From Thermodesulfobacteriota bacterium (GTDB lineage: Bacteria > Desulfobacterota > Desulfarculia > JACQYL01), in contig CAXXLZ010000002.1 of assembly GCA_963675595.2 (NCBI GenBank), positions 896,001-960,000 on the forward strand: a stretch of 64,000 nucleotides of DNA, written 5' to 3'. Shown in pieces: positions 9,558 through 19,600 of this stretch. Made by a program: the position numbers and the translations under genes. The notes under the pieces were generated by a model that was given only the letters and a program-made list of their open reading frames with translations, had not been told where the DNA came from and ran no database searches. The stretch's first letter is position 1, and each line of letters opens with the position of its first letter.

Positions 9558-10832
9558 TCAATGAAGACCGCCGAACGGCCCGGCCCCGAATCCTTCCCTC
9601 GTCAGGAATCGGTTGAGGGTTTCCTTGGGAAGCGACCTCGAGATTTCTCTTGTCTGGCCGTATCTGCCGCGTGATATCAGCCTGGCGTTGATCAGGCCAT
9701 AAAGGTCCAGGGAACCAATGATGTCCGAGAACCTCCGTTGCGTCAGCGGCCTGACCCGTTCCAACTCGCAGAAATTGGCGTATCGATCATAGGCCTCGCC
9801 TGTAGTGACCCGTTTCGAAGTCTTGGCCAACAGATCGTAGCAGGAAAGAAGCGCAAGTTTTTGCTGCGGAGCGAGAGCCCGAACCATCTCCTCGGTCTTG
9901 TCCATCTCCAATCTGTGCTCAGCCAAATCCACGATTTCTTCGGACAGCCTGCCGCCGGTTTCCTGTGCCACCTTGGCCGACTTTGATAGAAGTTCCACCG
10001 CCTTTCTCGCATCACCGGTTTCCCGCGACGCCAATGCCGCGATCTTTCGGACAGCAGCCACGTCCACCTTTGACTTGTCCAATGCCTTTTCCACTCGAAG
10101 ATTCAGAATTTCTATCAAATCCAAGGCGTTATAAGGTTCAAAGAGCATGTCCGTTTTCTTGAGAACGCTCAGAATCCGAGGGTCCAGCATCTTGTCCCAG
10201 TTCAGTTTGTTCGTAACCATGATGAGAACCAACCGGCAGGGAATCTTTCTCGGAAGGGTTTTCCCAAGGAAGGTAATAAACTCGTCCGCATTGGGCTTGA
10301 TATTATCCGCCTCATCAATGAGAAGGCACAAGAAACCCTGGAACCGGTTCAGCTCTTCGATGATCCGTTCCTGCATCTGATCGATGGGAATGCCTTTCCT
10401 GTAGGTGCGAATCGAATCATTGAGGGCTCTCGCAAGCTCGTTCAACGCTCCGAAAGAAGACCTGGGCGAGGTCAAGTCCACGTATCTGTACTGAAACCCG
10501 ACAGACTGGGTTCGACAGTATTCCTGAAACGTCGAAAGCACGTGAATGAGGGAAACCGTTTTCCCTGAACCCGTAGGCCCGAAGACCAGCAAAGAACTCG
10601 GATGATCGCCGTCCAGGATCGGAGTCAGATGACAGACGATGCGTTTCAGCTGCTCCTCCCGGATATTTCGATCAAAAATCTCTTTCAGAACAGAAGTCCG
10701 CTCTTCCTCAGGCAACTTCTCGTCGTCGAGATAGTTGGGGTTCAGAATAAGACGATGATTCTTCTGCGAGTCATGCAATGAGCGGATGAATTGCAAGGAA
10801 GCTTCGGAATGATCTCCACCGGACATTTTCAA
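9558..10832 (-). CDS. cdc6: Orc1/Cdc6-type replication initiator (AAA+ plus winged helix)
   Basis: GPTGSGKT, LLIDEAD, FEPYNA, GDARKAVELL, and the Cdc6_C motif LTQRRFSDIIGSLDLYGLI...SRGRYGQTREI. Confidence 0.92.
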   Translation of the reverse strand: MKMSGGDHSEASLQFIRSLHDSQKNHRLILNPNYLDDEKLPEEERTSVLKEIFDRNIREEQLKRIVCHLTPILDGDHPSSLLVFGPTGSGKTVSLIHVLSTFQEYCRTQSVGFQYRYVDLTSPRSSFGALNELARALNDSIRTYRKGIPIDQMQERIIEELNRFQGFLCLLIDEADNIKPNADEFITFLGKTLPRKIPCRLVLIMVTNKLNWDKMLDPRILSVLKKTDMLFEPYNALDLIEILNLRVEKALDKSKVDVAAVRKIAALASRETGDARKAVELLSKSAKVAQETGGRLSEEIVDLAEHRLEMDKTEEMVRALAPQQKLALLSCYDLLAKTSKRVTTGEAYDRYANFCELERVRPLTQRRFSDIIGSLDLYGLINARLISRGRYGQTREISRSLPKETLNRFLTREGFGAGPFGGLH

Positions 10833-10849
10833 ACGATTCTTCTACAGGA

Positions 10850-11280
10850 CATCTATAAATAGTTTTCGGTCCAGAATCCTGTCGTCACCTGACAGTTAAC
10901 CGGATGTTAAGTGTGGGAAAGTTTCTAGTGGAACTTTAAGTTTCAGTTTTTAGTGATGTTTTCTTTTCCTTATTATTATTTATTTCTATATAGAAACTAT
11001 ATAATATAATATCAAAGCCGCGAAAATATAGAAAAGTTTTTAAATGCGAATACTTCAGAATAGTAACAAGAAACAAAAATAACACACCCAACAAAAGGTT
11101 TTCAAGTTTTCCACGCGACATTTACACACACTCAAAATGATGATTTTGGACTACTATTGAGTGACAACGTGGAGGCCATGACGTCTCTCAAAGACCTCGA
11201 TCACCGACGGTATTTCAAGAAAACCCGAAACAATCGGCCATTCGACAGTACAAGAGCAACCTTTCCACCGGAAATTTACT
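10850..11280. other. Putative Orc1/Cdc6-dependent replication origin (ORB-like boxes + AT-rich unwinding element) including the cdc6 promoter
   Basis: GTTTCTAGTGGAAC (10921-10934) and TTTCCACCGGAAA (11262-11274) resemble the ORB core TTCCAGTGGAAAC; strongly AT-rich tract at ~10935-11100; minus-strand CGAAAACTATTTATAGA at 10868-10852. Confidence 0.6.
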
Positions 11281-11343
11281 CGGGTTCCCGAAGCCGGTTG
11301 ACGTCAATCCATCCATTCCTCCGAGCAAATTCCCGAAACCAAC

Positions 11344-11877
11344 CTACATCTCATCCCAGTCGATATACTGAGCCGGACTTTCTCCGACCCTTTCGACGAT
11401 CTTGGGATATTTTTCTCCAGGAGCCGCCTCTCCGATCCTAATCACCCGGATTTCGTGCCACCAATCGTCACCGAAATCGAACCAGTAGAAAAAGTAATCG
11501 CCCTCTTTCAGGTTCAGAGAGCCGATTTTGGTTTTTGAAACGTCGCCTGCCGGCGGAGGAGTTCCCAACGGATATTCCTTCATTTCGGTGGACAGCACAT
11601 ATCTCGCCGCCTCGGGATCCCGCGGTATTTTGGAGAGCTGAAACTCGTAAAGATGCTCGTCTTCACGATCGAAGGCTCTGAAGATCGCCCGGTGAAGCTG
11701 CTCCAGGGTATGCTTTCCCCTGATTTGAATGACTCGGGATACCGCCGGGTTCTTTGCGATGAAGGTCTTGCTCATGGGTCCGTTTGCAATCGAGACCTTC
11801 AAAGTGTGCAGATTCCTCGCCCGCTTTCCTCCGGAACTCGCCGCCATCCATTTCCTCCTTTCTGATCCGGACATCAA
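11344..11877 (-). CDS. Plasmid pRiA4b ORF3-like protein
   Basis: TLEQLHRAIFRAFDREDEHLYEF ... YWFDFGDDWWHEI ... YP. Confidence 0.85.
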   Translation of the reverse strand: MMSGSERRKWMAASSGGKRARNLHTLKVSIANGPMSKTFIAKNPAVSRVIQIRGKHTLEQLHRAIFRAFDREDEHLYEFQLSKIPRDPEAARYVLSTEMKEYPLGTPPPAGDVSKTKIGSLNLKEGDYFFYWFDFGDDWWHEIRVIRIGEAAPGEKYPKIVERVGESPAQYIDWDEM

Positions 11878-11947
11878 AAAGCTTATAAAGGAATGAACTT
11901 ATCGGTATCCAACGGAATCGGCAAGAACCGATTCGGAGGTGCACACC

Positions 11948-12391
11948 ATGGCAATGGAAACAAATTCGGCCACATCCGGCACACCGTCAAGCGGCTGTCC
12001 CACTTGGGACGGCATGGGCATATCCGGTGATCTGCCGCCCTTTTTCAAGCCCACCGAAGACATGAAACGAAACGGCTTCGAAGTGATCTTTCTGTCCGAC
12101 GGCCCCAGGAAAGAGACCGAGAACAACTTCGACAAGAACTCGAAAGACCTCTGGTTCGATATCTCCTACCAGGACAAGGAAATGACCTGGACCATCAGCC
12201 AGATCAGCCTGCTTTCCGAATTGAAGAAGCATTCACCGCTGAAGAAGAAGACCCTCAGGATTCGCCTTGTTCCGGTGACAGAGGAATTCAGGAAAAAGCG
12301 GCCGAAGTACAGAGGCAGCGAGCGATACCAGGTTGAAGAAATCCGAGAGAACCGATTCGACAAGATCGACGTGGAAGAACTGACGGTATAG
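11948..12391 (+). CDS. Hypothetical protein, possibly an OB-fold ssDNA-binding protein
   Basis: GGAGGTG RBS; AAAAAGCTTATAAAG promoter-like box at 11876-11890; beta-rich pattern with acidic tail. Confidence 0.6.
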   Translation: MAMETNSATSGTPSSGCPTWDGMGISGDLPPFFKPTEDMKRNGFEVIFLSDGPRKETENNFDKNSKDLWFDISYQDKEMTWTISQISLLSELKKHSPLKKKTLRIRLVPVTEEFRKKRPKYRGSERYQVEEIRENRFDKIDVEELTV

Positions 12392-12531
12392 ATATTCTTT
12401 CTTCTTTTTTGTTTCAGCCGATCGGAGAGCAAACGCCCGAGACACACTCAGCGGGGAACCGGAAAGAACGACGGTCTGAACCGCCGACAGAACGAAAGCA
12501 GGCTGCAATCTCAGGGGACTTTATCTGAAGC

Positions 12532-13251
12532 TCAGCCCAAGGTCGTGAGACCATGGAGAAGCGCGTATTTGGTCAACTGGGACATTCGCCTGGTTTTCAG
12601 CTTCTTCACAATATTTCTGCGGTGATTTTCCACCGTATTCACGCTGACACAGAGTACGTTCGCCATCTCCGCACTGGTCTTCCCCTCGGTCATACCCTGG
12701 AGAATTTCCTTTTCTCTCGGGGTCAACGAAGGAAGCGACCGGTGTCCGTTTCCATTTCCGAGCGCAAGAGCTTGAAACGCCTCAGTCATCGTTTCAGCGG
12801 ATTTGCGGCAGAGATACATTCGGCCTTCGAGCACCGATCGGACAGCCGCGACCAGCTCATGCAATCCGCTTTGACTGAGCACATACCCCATGGCCCCGGC
12901 AACGAGCATCTTGAACATGGGGTCCCATTCCGAATCCGGCGCGAGTCCAACCACCCGGGTTTTTCGAAACCGATGCGTGATTTGGCGCGCGGTCTCGATA
13001 CCGTTCAAACCCTTCATGGAAGTGTTCACGATCACCACGTCCGAGGGCGTATTGGACAGCAGTTTAAGTGCTTCATGACCGTCCAAAGCTTCGCCCGAAA
13101 CCTCGAAATCAGGAACAGAGCCCATCGCGTGCCGCAAACCATCGAGAATCAGCCTTTGATTATCCACCAAAAAGATTCGCTTCTCGAACCGCTCAACCGC
13201 TTCACCCTCTTCGGTTCGCTCCACGATCGCCCCCCGCAACAGACGATACAC
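12532..13251 (-). CDS. NarL/LuxR-family response regulator with a degenerate receiver domain
   Basis: Receiver fold plus LTPREKEIL...SVNTVENHRRNIVKKL HTH; the phospho-Asp position reads N (DVVIVNTSM). Confidence 0.9.
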   Translation of the reverse strand: MYRLLRGAIVERTEEGEAVERFEKRIFLVDNQRLILDGLRHAMGSVPDFEVSGEALDGHEALKLLSNTPSDVVIVNTSMKGLNGIETARQITHRFRKTRVVGLAPDSEWDPMFKMLVAGAMGYVLSQSGLHELVAAVRSVLEGRMYLCRKSAETMTEAFQALALGNGNGHRSLPSLTPREKEILQGMTEGKTSAEMANVLCVSVNTVENHRRNIVKKLKTRRMSQLTKYALLHGLTTLG

Positions 13252-13548
13252 TTCAGGATTGGATGCCCTGAAAACGAAAACCGGATATCACAATAGAAAA
13301 ATGTCACATTTCGGAGCTTGAATGATATAAAACTCTGAGACCTTGAACAATCGTAATAATCATGATTTTTCATCATGGATTTCATGATTTTGATCTGTGG
13401 AAATCGCTAGACGAACTAATGGATTTTATGATTCAACGCAGAAAGAAATGGAGGGACGAAAACCTGTGGTGGGACTATTCTATTGATATTATTTAAGATT
13501 CTTCTCGACCTGCGTCCGACGACCATGACCCCGAAAAGACCAACCCCA

Positions 13549-13600
13549 GGCTCCGTTTTCAATGGCCACGGCTGGCCACCATTTGATGTCTTCATCTACT
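13549..13600 (-). mobile_element. Orphan IS21-type terminal repeat remnant
   Basis: Reverse complement AGTAGATGAAGACATCAAATGGTGGCCAGCCGTGGCCATTGAAAACGGAGCC resembles the end at 3219. Confidence 0.6.
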
Positions 13601-13700
13601 CAACTCAACCACATCAAACGTGTCGCAAACGTGGAAAGCAATCTCACTCCCGCCGCTTTCTAACCCTCTGGAACCGGCAGGCAGGAACTCCTTCGGCACC

Positions 13701-14300
13701 TCATTTTACTTCTTTTTGGGAAAGCCTGATCGTTCGAGTAACCGTCTCGTGGGTATCATGGGAGATTCTTCCGTCGGCAAGCATCTCGTCGGCAAGGTCT
13801 TGTGCAGCGGCAAGATCAAGACGCCCGTCTTCAAGCCGGTCCCGAAGCTCGTCCTTCATTTCCATGGCCTTTCCATCACGTCGTTTCAATATCTGATGAT
13901 CCTCGGAAAGATCGATCAGCTGATCCATCGAAAGGCCCACGGAATCCAGATCTTCTTCGAACTGCTCTCTTCCCTTCTCGGAGAGATAGCGATGAAATTT
14001 GTCTTCCCATTCCGGCTGTGAGATGAATCCTTTGTCGTAAAGGTCATCGTACACTTCGAACTTCCGATCGGCGGTCAGCTCCTCGGCGTCCACAGGCTCT
14101 TCCGGATCAGTTTCGAAGGACAACAACTCCTTCCCCGCCTCCATGAACCAATCCATGAGGCCCTCCGATTTCGGATCCTCCTCAACAGAATCACAATCGA
14201 ATTCCTCTTCCCCTCGTTCCCAATCCTTTCTCACGGCAAACCTCCCTTTTCCAATAGAAGTGCTCGGAAAGAAATTTTCGTGTTTTGATTTTTTTCCCAC
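13701..14300 (-). CDS. Acidic hypothetical protein (true start uncertain)
   Basis: 199-aa D/E-rich ORF with protein-like composition. Confidence 0.5.
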   Translation of the reverse strand: MGKKSKHENFFPSTSIGKGRFAVRKDWERGEEEFDCDSVEEDPKSEGLMDWFMEAGKELLSFETDPEEPVDAEELTADRKFEVYDDLYDKGFISQPEWEDKFHRYLSEKGREQFEEDLDSVGLSMDQLIDLSEDHQILKRRDGKAMEMKDELRDRLEDGRLDLAAAQDLADEMLADGRISHDTHETVTRTIRLSQKEVK

Positions 14301-14371
14301 ACGTTTTCGATCGAGGGATCACTGGAGGAGTAAGGCAGGACGAAAACCACCCCAAACAAAAGGAGAAAGCC

Positions 14372-14623
14372 ATGAGATTTTCACGTCACCCCTTCACAGG
14401 AACGCTTCAGGTGAACTTCGGGCTTCCGCTTAGAAGAGACCATTTCAACCTGATTCACGATGTCAACGGAACAACCGTCGGCAGAATCGACCCCTGCGGC
14501 TTGGTCAAGGATCGCCTCGACAGAACCGTGGGGCACTACGACATTTTCAAAACTGAGGATTACTGCCCCTGCTGCGGGAAGCTGTCGAAGCTTTGCCGGT
14601 GTCATGGCCACGGCATGAGATAA
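14372..14623 (+). CDS. Small hypothetical protein with Cys-rich C-terminus
   Basis: AAAGGAG RBS; followed by a GAGCCCC-TTCG-GGGGCTC-type hairpin. Confidence 0.5.
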   Translation: MRFSRHPFTGTLQVNFGLPLRRDHFNLIHDVNGTTVGRIDPCGLVKDRLDRTVGHYDIFKTEDYCPCCGKLSKLCRCHGHGMR

Positions 14624-15026
14624 CCGCTCCCTTACCGAGCCCCTTCGGGGGCTCATCTTCATTTCCTTCCAGCCAAAACGCGCACGTCCTCTGGCCGCTC
14701 CCCAAGATACAGCCCGCCTCATAAAAATTAGTGGGGAAACAGAGCAAATCGTGCTGCGCCGGTAATTGCACAACGATCATTCCTCCTCCGACGACAATTG
14801 GAATTCAGGAAGGTCTCCACCCTTGCTCGCAGGCCGGCGTTCTGCTCGATCCGGTCGGTGCAAGGAATTCCGCTCCGAACTCGGCCTGCACCAGAACAAA
14901 TGGCCGTTACCTCGCTCCCGTTGGCGCCACCAGTTCGAAAGGGTCTCATCCTCCTCAAAAGGATGCGTAATCCGAAGTTCCAGTTTCATGGCTCTCAAAC
15001 CGGCACGGTGGTATTTAAACCTGTCG

Positions 15027-15053
15027 AAAAGAGGGCTCTTCGAGAGCCCTCTT
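15027..15053 (-). terminator. Intrinsic terminator after the DUF3150-like gene
   Basis: AAGAGGGCTCT-TCG-AGAGCCCTCTT stem with T-run on the minus strand. Confidence 0.65.
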
Positions 15054-15064
15054 CCAAATTTTGA

Positions 15065-15937
15065 TCAATCCATAACGATCTTTCGCCGCGGCTGGTTCAT
15101 TAGTTCCCTCACTTGGTCATTCACGGAAGTCATCGCTTCGCGAATCCGGTTCTTGAGGTAACCGCTTTCACGAATGGACTCAGGCGACCTTCCGTCGAGC
15201 ACCGATTCCGCCTGCTCCACGAGTTCAGCCAACCCATTGTCGTCGAACACGTTTCGTTGCTTGAAGTGTTCGAAGAACTCATAGAAATTCGTCACCGTCG
15301 ATCCTTTGAACTTCTTTGCTTCACCGTCCGGCCCGAGACCGAATCGCTCGCAGATATGCCCCACAAGATCGGCGAACTCCTCCCGAAGACACTGCACCGC
15401 AAGCTCCCTGGCCTCTTCCATGGTTTGGATGAACTTCAGTTTCTCTCGCTCATACACTTCCGGCGCCAATAGACCGAACCTGCCGTTGGGGACATCAAGA
15501 GCTACAAACCGCCACTCAAACGAAAACCGCCTATGAATATCCACGGGGTAGTCCTGCTCATTGAACAGGTCACCGAGATAGGCAATGGCCGAGTCCCTGA
15601 GCGCCGGATACCGTGAGGCAAAATCGTTTACGAGGTAACCGAACTCAGATTGAAGCTCCCGCAACTTCTCGTCCACCTCGGTGATCAAGTCTTTCGGCAC
15701 GAACATCATGCCGTGGATGGGAAAGGGCAGACTGACCGATGTGAGGTAGAGCCGGGAATTACCGGCCAACTTTGCAATGGGTTTCAGGCTTTCCGGATCC
15801 ACGAGCTTTTTTGTTGCATGGAGCCATTCGTGGTTCGTGGTCATTTGAGCGAGTTTTCCCTGCTCGATCTTTCTTCTCGCTCCCCACATGCTGATGGAGA
15901 GTTGCACCAGGCATCCTTTTTCGAAGATGTTTTCCAT
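15065..15937 (-). CDS. DUF3150-like protein
   Basis: LVQLSISMWGARRK N-terminus; typical position next to DUF2997/DUF1257/AAA. Confidence 0.7.
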   Translation of the reverse strand: MENIFEKGCLVQLSISMWGARRKIEQGKLAQMTTNHEWLHATKKLVDPESLKPIAKLAGNSRLYLTSVSLPFPIHGMMFVPKDLITEVDEKLRELQSEFGYLVNDFASRYPALRDSAIAYLGDLFNEQDYPVDIHRRFSFEWRFVALDVPNGRFGLLAPEVYEREKLKFIQTMEEARELAVQCLREEFADLVGHICERFGLGPDGEAKKFKGSTVTNFYEFFEHFKQRNVFDDNGLAELVEQAESVLDGRSPESIRESGYLKNRIREAMTSVNDQVRELMNQPRRKIVMD

Positions 15938-16029
15938 CGCCGTCTCCTTTCAGAAAAAAGAAAACCCCGATCTCCGAGTAACGGAAACCGGGGCATGCGT
16001 TGATTCGTGGTTGCAGTGTCGCGGAAGGT

Positions 16030-16230
16030 TCAGCCGCAAAGCGGCAGATACTTCTTCACCGCTTCTTTCTCCTCCTCGTAGTACGCTGGAGTCAGGCTTT
16101 GGGCGGTTTCTCTTCCAAGCAAATCCTTCAGGAATTTCGATTCCTCGATACAAGCCTTGCCCTTGAACCCTCTGGTTTCGAGCTTGATCTCGCCATCCAT
16201 GGACACTTCCACAATGATTTCCTTCATCAC
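16030..16230 (-). CDS. DUF2997-like small protein
   Basis: IIVEVSMDGEIKLETRGFKGKAC...TPAYY. Confidence 0.75.
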   Translation of the reverse strand: MMKEIIVEVSMDGEIKLETRGFKGKACIEESKFLKDLLGRETAQSLTPAYYEEEKEAVKKYLPLCG

Positions 16231-16236
16231 AGCCTC

Positions 16237-16608
16237 CTACATCCGGACGTGGAGCCGGATTGCATTTTCGGTTTTCTTTTCGATCACCGTGTAGCCTTTA
16301 CGCCGAGCTTCGATCCGGGTCTTCTCCACCGCATAGGCCTGCTTCAACAGTCCTCCGTTTACGCCGATTGCTTTTTCCACGTTAGGGTCGTAGAAGTCGC
16401 ACTGAAGTTCATACCTGTCATCCATCCTCTGAACGCCGATTTCATAATCCGCACCGGGCAATCGAATGGCATGCTCGCACGCTGCGTTGTTTCCGTACCA
16501 CCGGAACTCTTTCCTGCCTTCGAGGAAAATCAGACCCAGCCGATTACACGCAGACTTCAGGACAGCGAGGTCCTTTACTTCGAGTTCGATTTTGACGATA
16601 TGACTCAT
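16237..16608 (-). CDS. DUF1257 (Ycf35-like) protein
   Basis: MSHIVKIELEVKDL...YEIGV...DFY...LKQAYA. Confidence 0.75.
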   Translation of the reverse strand: MSHIVKIELEVKDLAVLKSACNRLGLIFLEGRKEFRWYGNNAACEHAIRLPGADYEIGVQRMDDRYELQCDFYDPNVEKAIGVNGGLLKQAYAVEKTRIEARRKGYTVIEKKTENAIRLHVRM

Positions 16609-19600
16609 CGTATCCTCCGAATCGTTCTGATGGGTTCTTCGTCGCTTCGGCTCGCTCTCCTCGCCCGAGTCTCAGCCCAATCCCGGAGCGCTGAGAGCTG
16701 CTCCTTCATGGTTTTGGAAAGTGGCACAATGGTTTCACGGGCGTTTTCCAGGCCGTCAAAGAGCGAATCCTTGGCCAGCTGCTCGATCTCAGCGCCTGTC
16801 CATTCAGTGAGTTCAGCTGCATACTCGGAGGGTATTTCCGAACCGTACCGTTGATTCATGATCTCGATGATGGTTTCGCGCTCGTTTTTGTTCGGGATAT
16901 CCACAAAGAACAGGGCATCGAATCTTCCCGATCGCAGAAACTCGGGCGGAAGCCCCGAGATATCATTGGCGGTTGCCATGACCAGAATCGGACTGGTAGT
17001 CTCTTGAAGCCACAAGAGCAGATGCCCGAACATGGACGAGGTGGTACCCCCGTCCGTCATCCCCGAACTTTTGACTCCGGACAGCACGTAGGGTAGGCAG
17101 CGGCCCTCCTGCAGAAGCAGGCTAAGCCGCCACCCCCCTCCGAACCGTACGTGCGGCTTTCACCGCATACGGCTCTCTACTTACACTTACCTGGAAATCT
17201 CAGGTCAGGCAGAGTCCCGTCATGGAGTTGCCGATGGCAGTGAACGCACAAGACCAGGGTTTTCCGATTGCGTTCACGCATCAGCTCTTTCCATGGTTCG
17301 TTGCCATCAGCAACGGCACTCATACTCCCGGCGTGGTGCACCTCAAAGTAGCCGCCTGCACGCCCGCAGAACTCGCATTTCTGAGCCCTCAAACGAGAAA
17401 GGATATCAGAGTACGTGGCCCGATACTTCTTTGTATTGGGTACACTGTCGAGATTCTGCAACAGGGAAGAGCGGTAAAATTTGAGGTCCTTCAACCTGAA
17501 GAGCCGAGTGGTGCGTAATTTCCCATGGTACCATTCGGTAATAGCGTATTCCCCCGGTTCAACCTTCAGACGCCTCCTCACTGTTCTCTTGCTGCAGCGG
17601 TGTTTTCGGGCAAATGTTCTCGTCAAACTTCGGAACCAGACGGACTGCAGTTTCTGCAATGCCCGAACTGCCCCTTGAGCGAGAACATAGTAATTGGCAA
17701 AGCCCCTCAACTCCGCGTTGTAAATCGTGAGGATTTGTGTATCCATTAGGTTGACCAAGTTAAGTCGGGGCATGACTTCAAAGTTCTCATAGTTGCCATA
17801 TCCGTTCTTCTTGCAGAACGCCGCCATCTTATCGCTTGGGACTTTAAGCTGGATTCGACCAGCCCCAAGCCTCCTGGTCGTGTAGGTCCCGCCAAGTTTT
17901 ACCTTGACCGATTTTCCCACCGGGTAGGTTGTGATGTCATACCCGAGGAAGCGCGTTTCCTCAGTACAATGACGGAGGCCTGATTTCTCTTCGGAGATCT
18001 GCAGGCGCAAATGTTCTTGGACAAAACCACGAACAGTCTGCATGACCTGCCTGCAATCCTCCTTGGAGCCGATCATGCCGATGAGAAAATCATCGGCGTA
18101 CCGGATATACATCAGTCTCTTGTAACCTTCGTCATGGAAATCCAAGGAAGGGACTAAACGTCGCATCCTGCAATGTTCCCGAAGTTCGGCTTCTATTTCT
18201 TTGAGCTTTTCGGTCTCCCCAGCCTGCTGAGCCCGGGCGAACCTTATCCTTTGACGACGGACCAGATACTGATAGCGGAGATACTCTTCGTTCCGGCGTC
18301 TTCGCTTTCCCTTGTTGAATTCCTGAACCAGACTTTCCATGAACTCGTCGAGCTCATGAAGGTAAATATTGGCTAGGATCGGGGAAATAATTCCACCTTG
18401 AGGAGTTCCACTATACGTGGCATGGTATTTCCAATCATCAATATAGCCGGCCTTAAGCATGGCCTTGATGAGATTGATGAAACGCCTGTCGTCAATCCGT
18501 TTCTCCAACAGTCTTATCAACACCTTATGGTCGATATTGTCGAAGAAACCCCGGATATCCATGTCGATGATCCACTTAACGCCGGTCCAGTATTTCTGAA
18601 GATACCGCAAAGCGGTATGACACGATCTTTCCGGACGAAATCCATGCGAGCGATCAGAAAAGATCGGCTCGTAGATTCGTTCCAGAATCGCTCGTGTCAC
18701 TTCCTGGATCAGCTTGTCATCTCCGGAAGGTATGCCCAAGGGTCGCAACTTACCGTTGGCCTTGGGGATGTAAACGCGTTTTGATGGTTTGAACTTGTAA
18801 CGACCGTCTTTGAGCAGCTTAATAATGTTCTTTGCCCGCTCATCGGAAAAGCCGTCCAGGGTCACGCCGTCCACGCCCTTCGTCATAGCACCTTTGTTTG
18901 AATAGATATTGGCGTAGGCGTCTTCCCATAAAGTCGGGTTTTCCATGAGCCGAAATAGGCCGTTAACACGTTTCCCCTGCTTGGAGAGTTTTCCAAGAGC
19001 GTTCAACCTCTTGATGGTCGTAGCGGACAGCATCAGCACATCCTCCTTTCAGAGTGTTGAACACGTTGCATAAGCTGTCTTCCTTCCCCCGGATAGAGGA
19101 CCCTTCGTCGATGTCGCCACCGACTTATAGCCATATCCGTATCCCGCAATTGCGAGATCTGCAGAACCCATTACAGGCCCACCTTGGGTACTATGAAGAC
19201 TCCGTCGCCATACAGGTCCGAGCCGTGTGCTCGTGACCAGCTTAGGCGATCCCGCATTTACGCCAGATCAAAGATTCGCCGTGGTTAGGTCTCCCGTTCG
19301 TCCCTTTTATCCTTCTCGTCGAAGGCATGCCGGACAGACGGAATATGCAGGTCGAAAAGTGGGCCTACATACAGTCCGGACTGGCGTTTCAGCTACTTTC
19401 ACCAGTGCCCGAGCTACGGCCATGAGGACTGGGGTTCAAGCAGTTTAGCCTTGACCATACACGGCTTACGCTGACATCATCGTTGGTCGTAGCTACCTTC
19501 TTTGATGCCTTTTCCCAACATGCTGCACTCCCCCCTCCCTTTCGGGACAAGGACCATTGCTGGTCAGAGATAAGTTGGGTGCGTACAGGATATTTCCGTA

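Noticed and set aside
10936-11121. 61-aa hydrophobic ORF
   Set aside because: Arises from the AT-rich putative origin; no RBS or protein-like features
17177-19039. RT as the DGR reverse transcriptase
   Set aside because: It has maturase and HNH domains and lies inside a complete group II intron with domains V/VI; it is not a DGR RT
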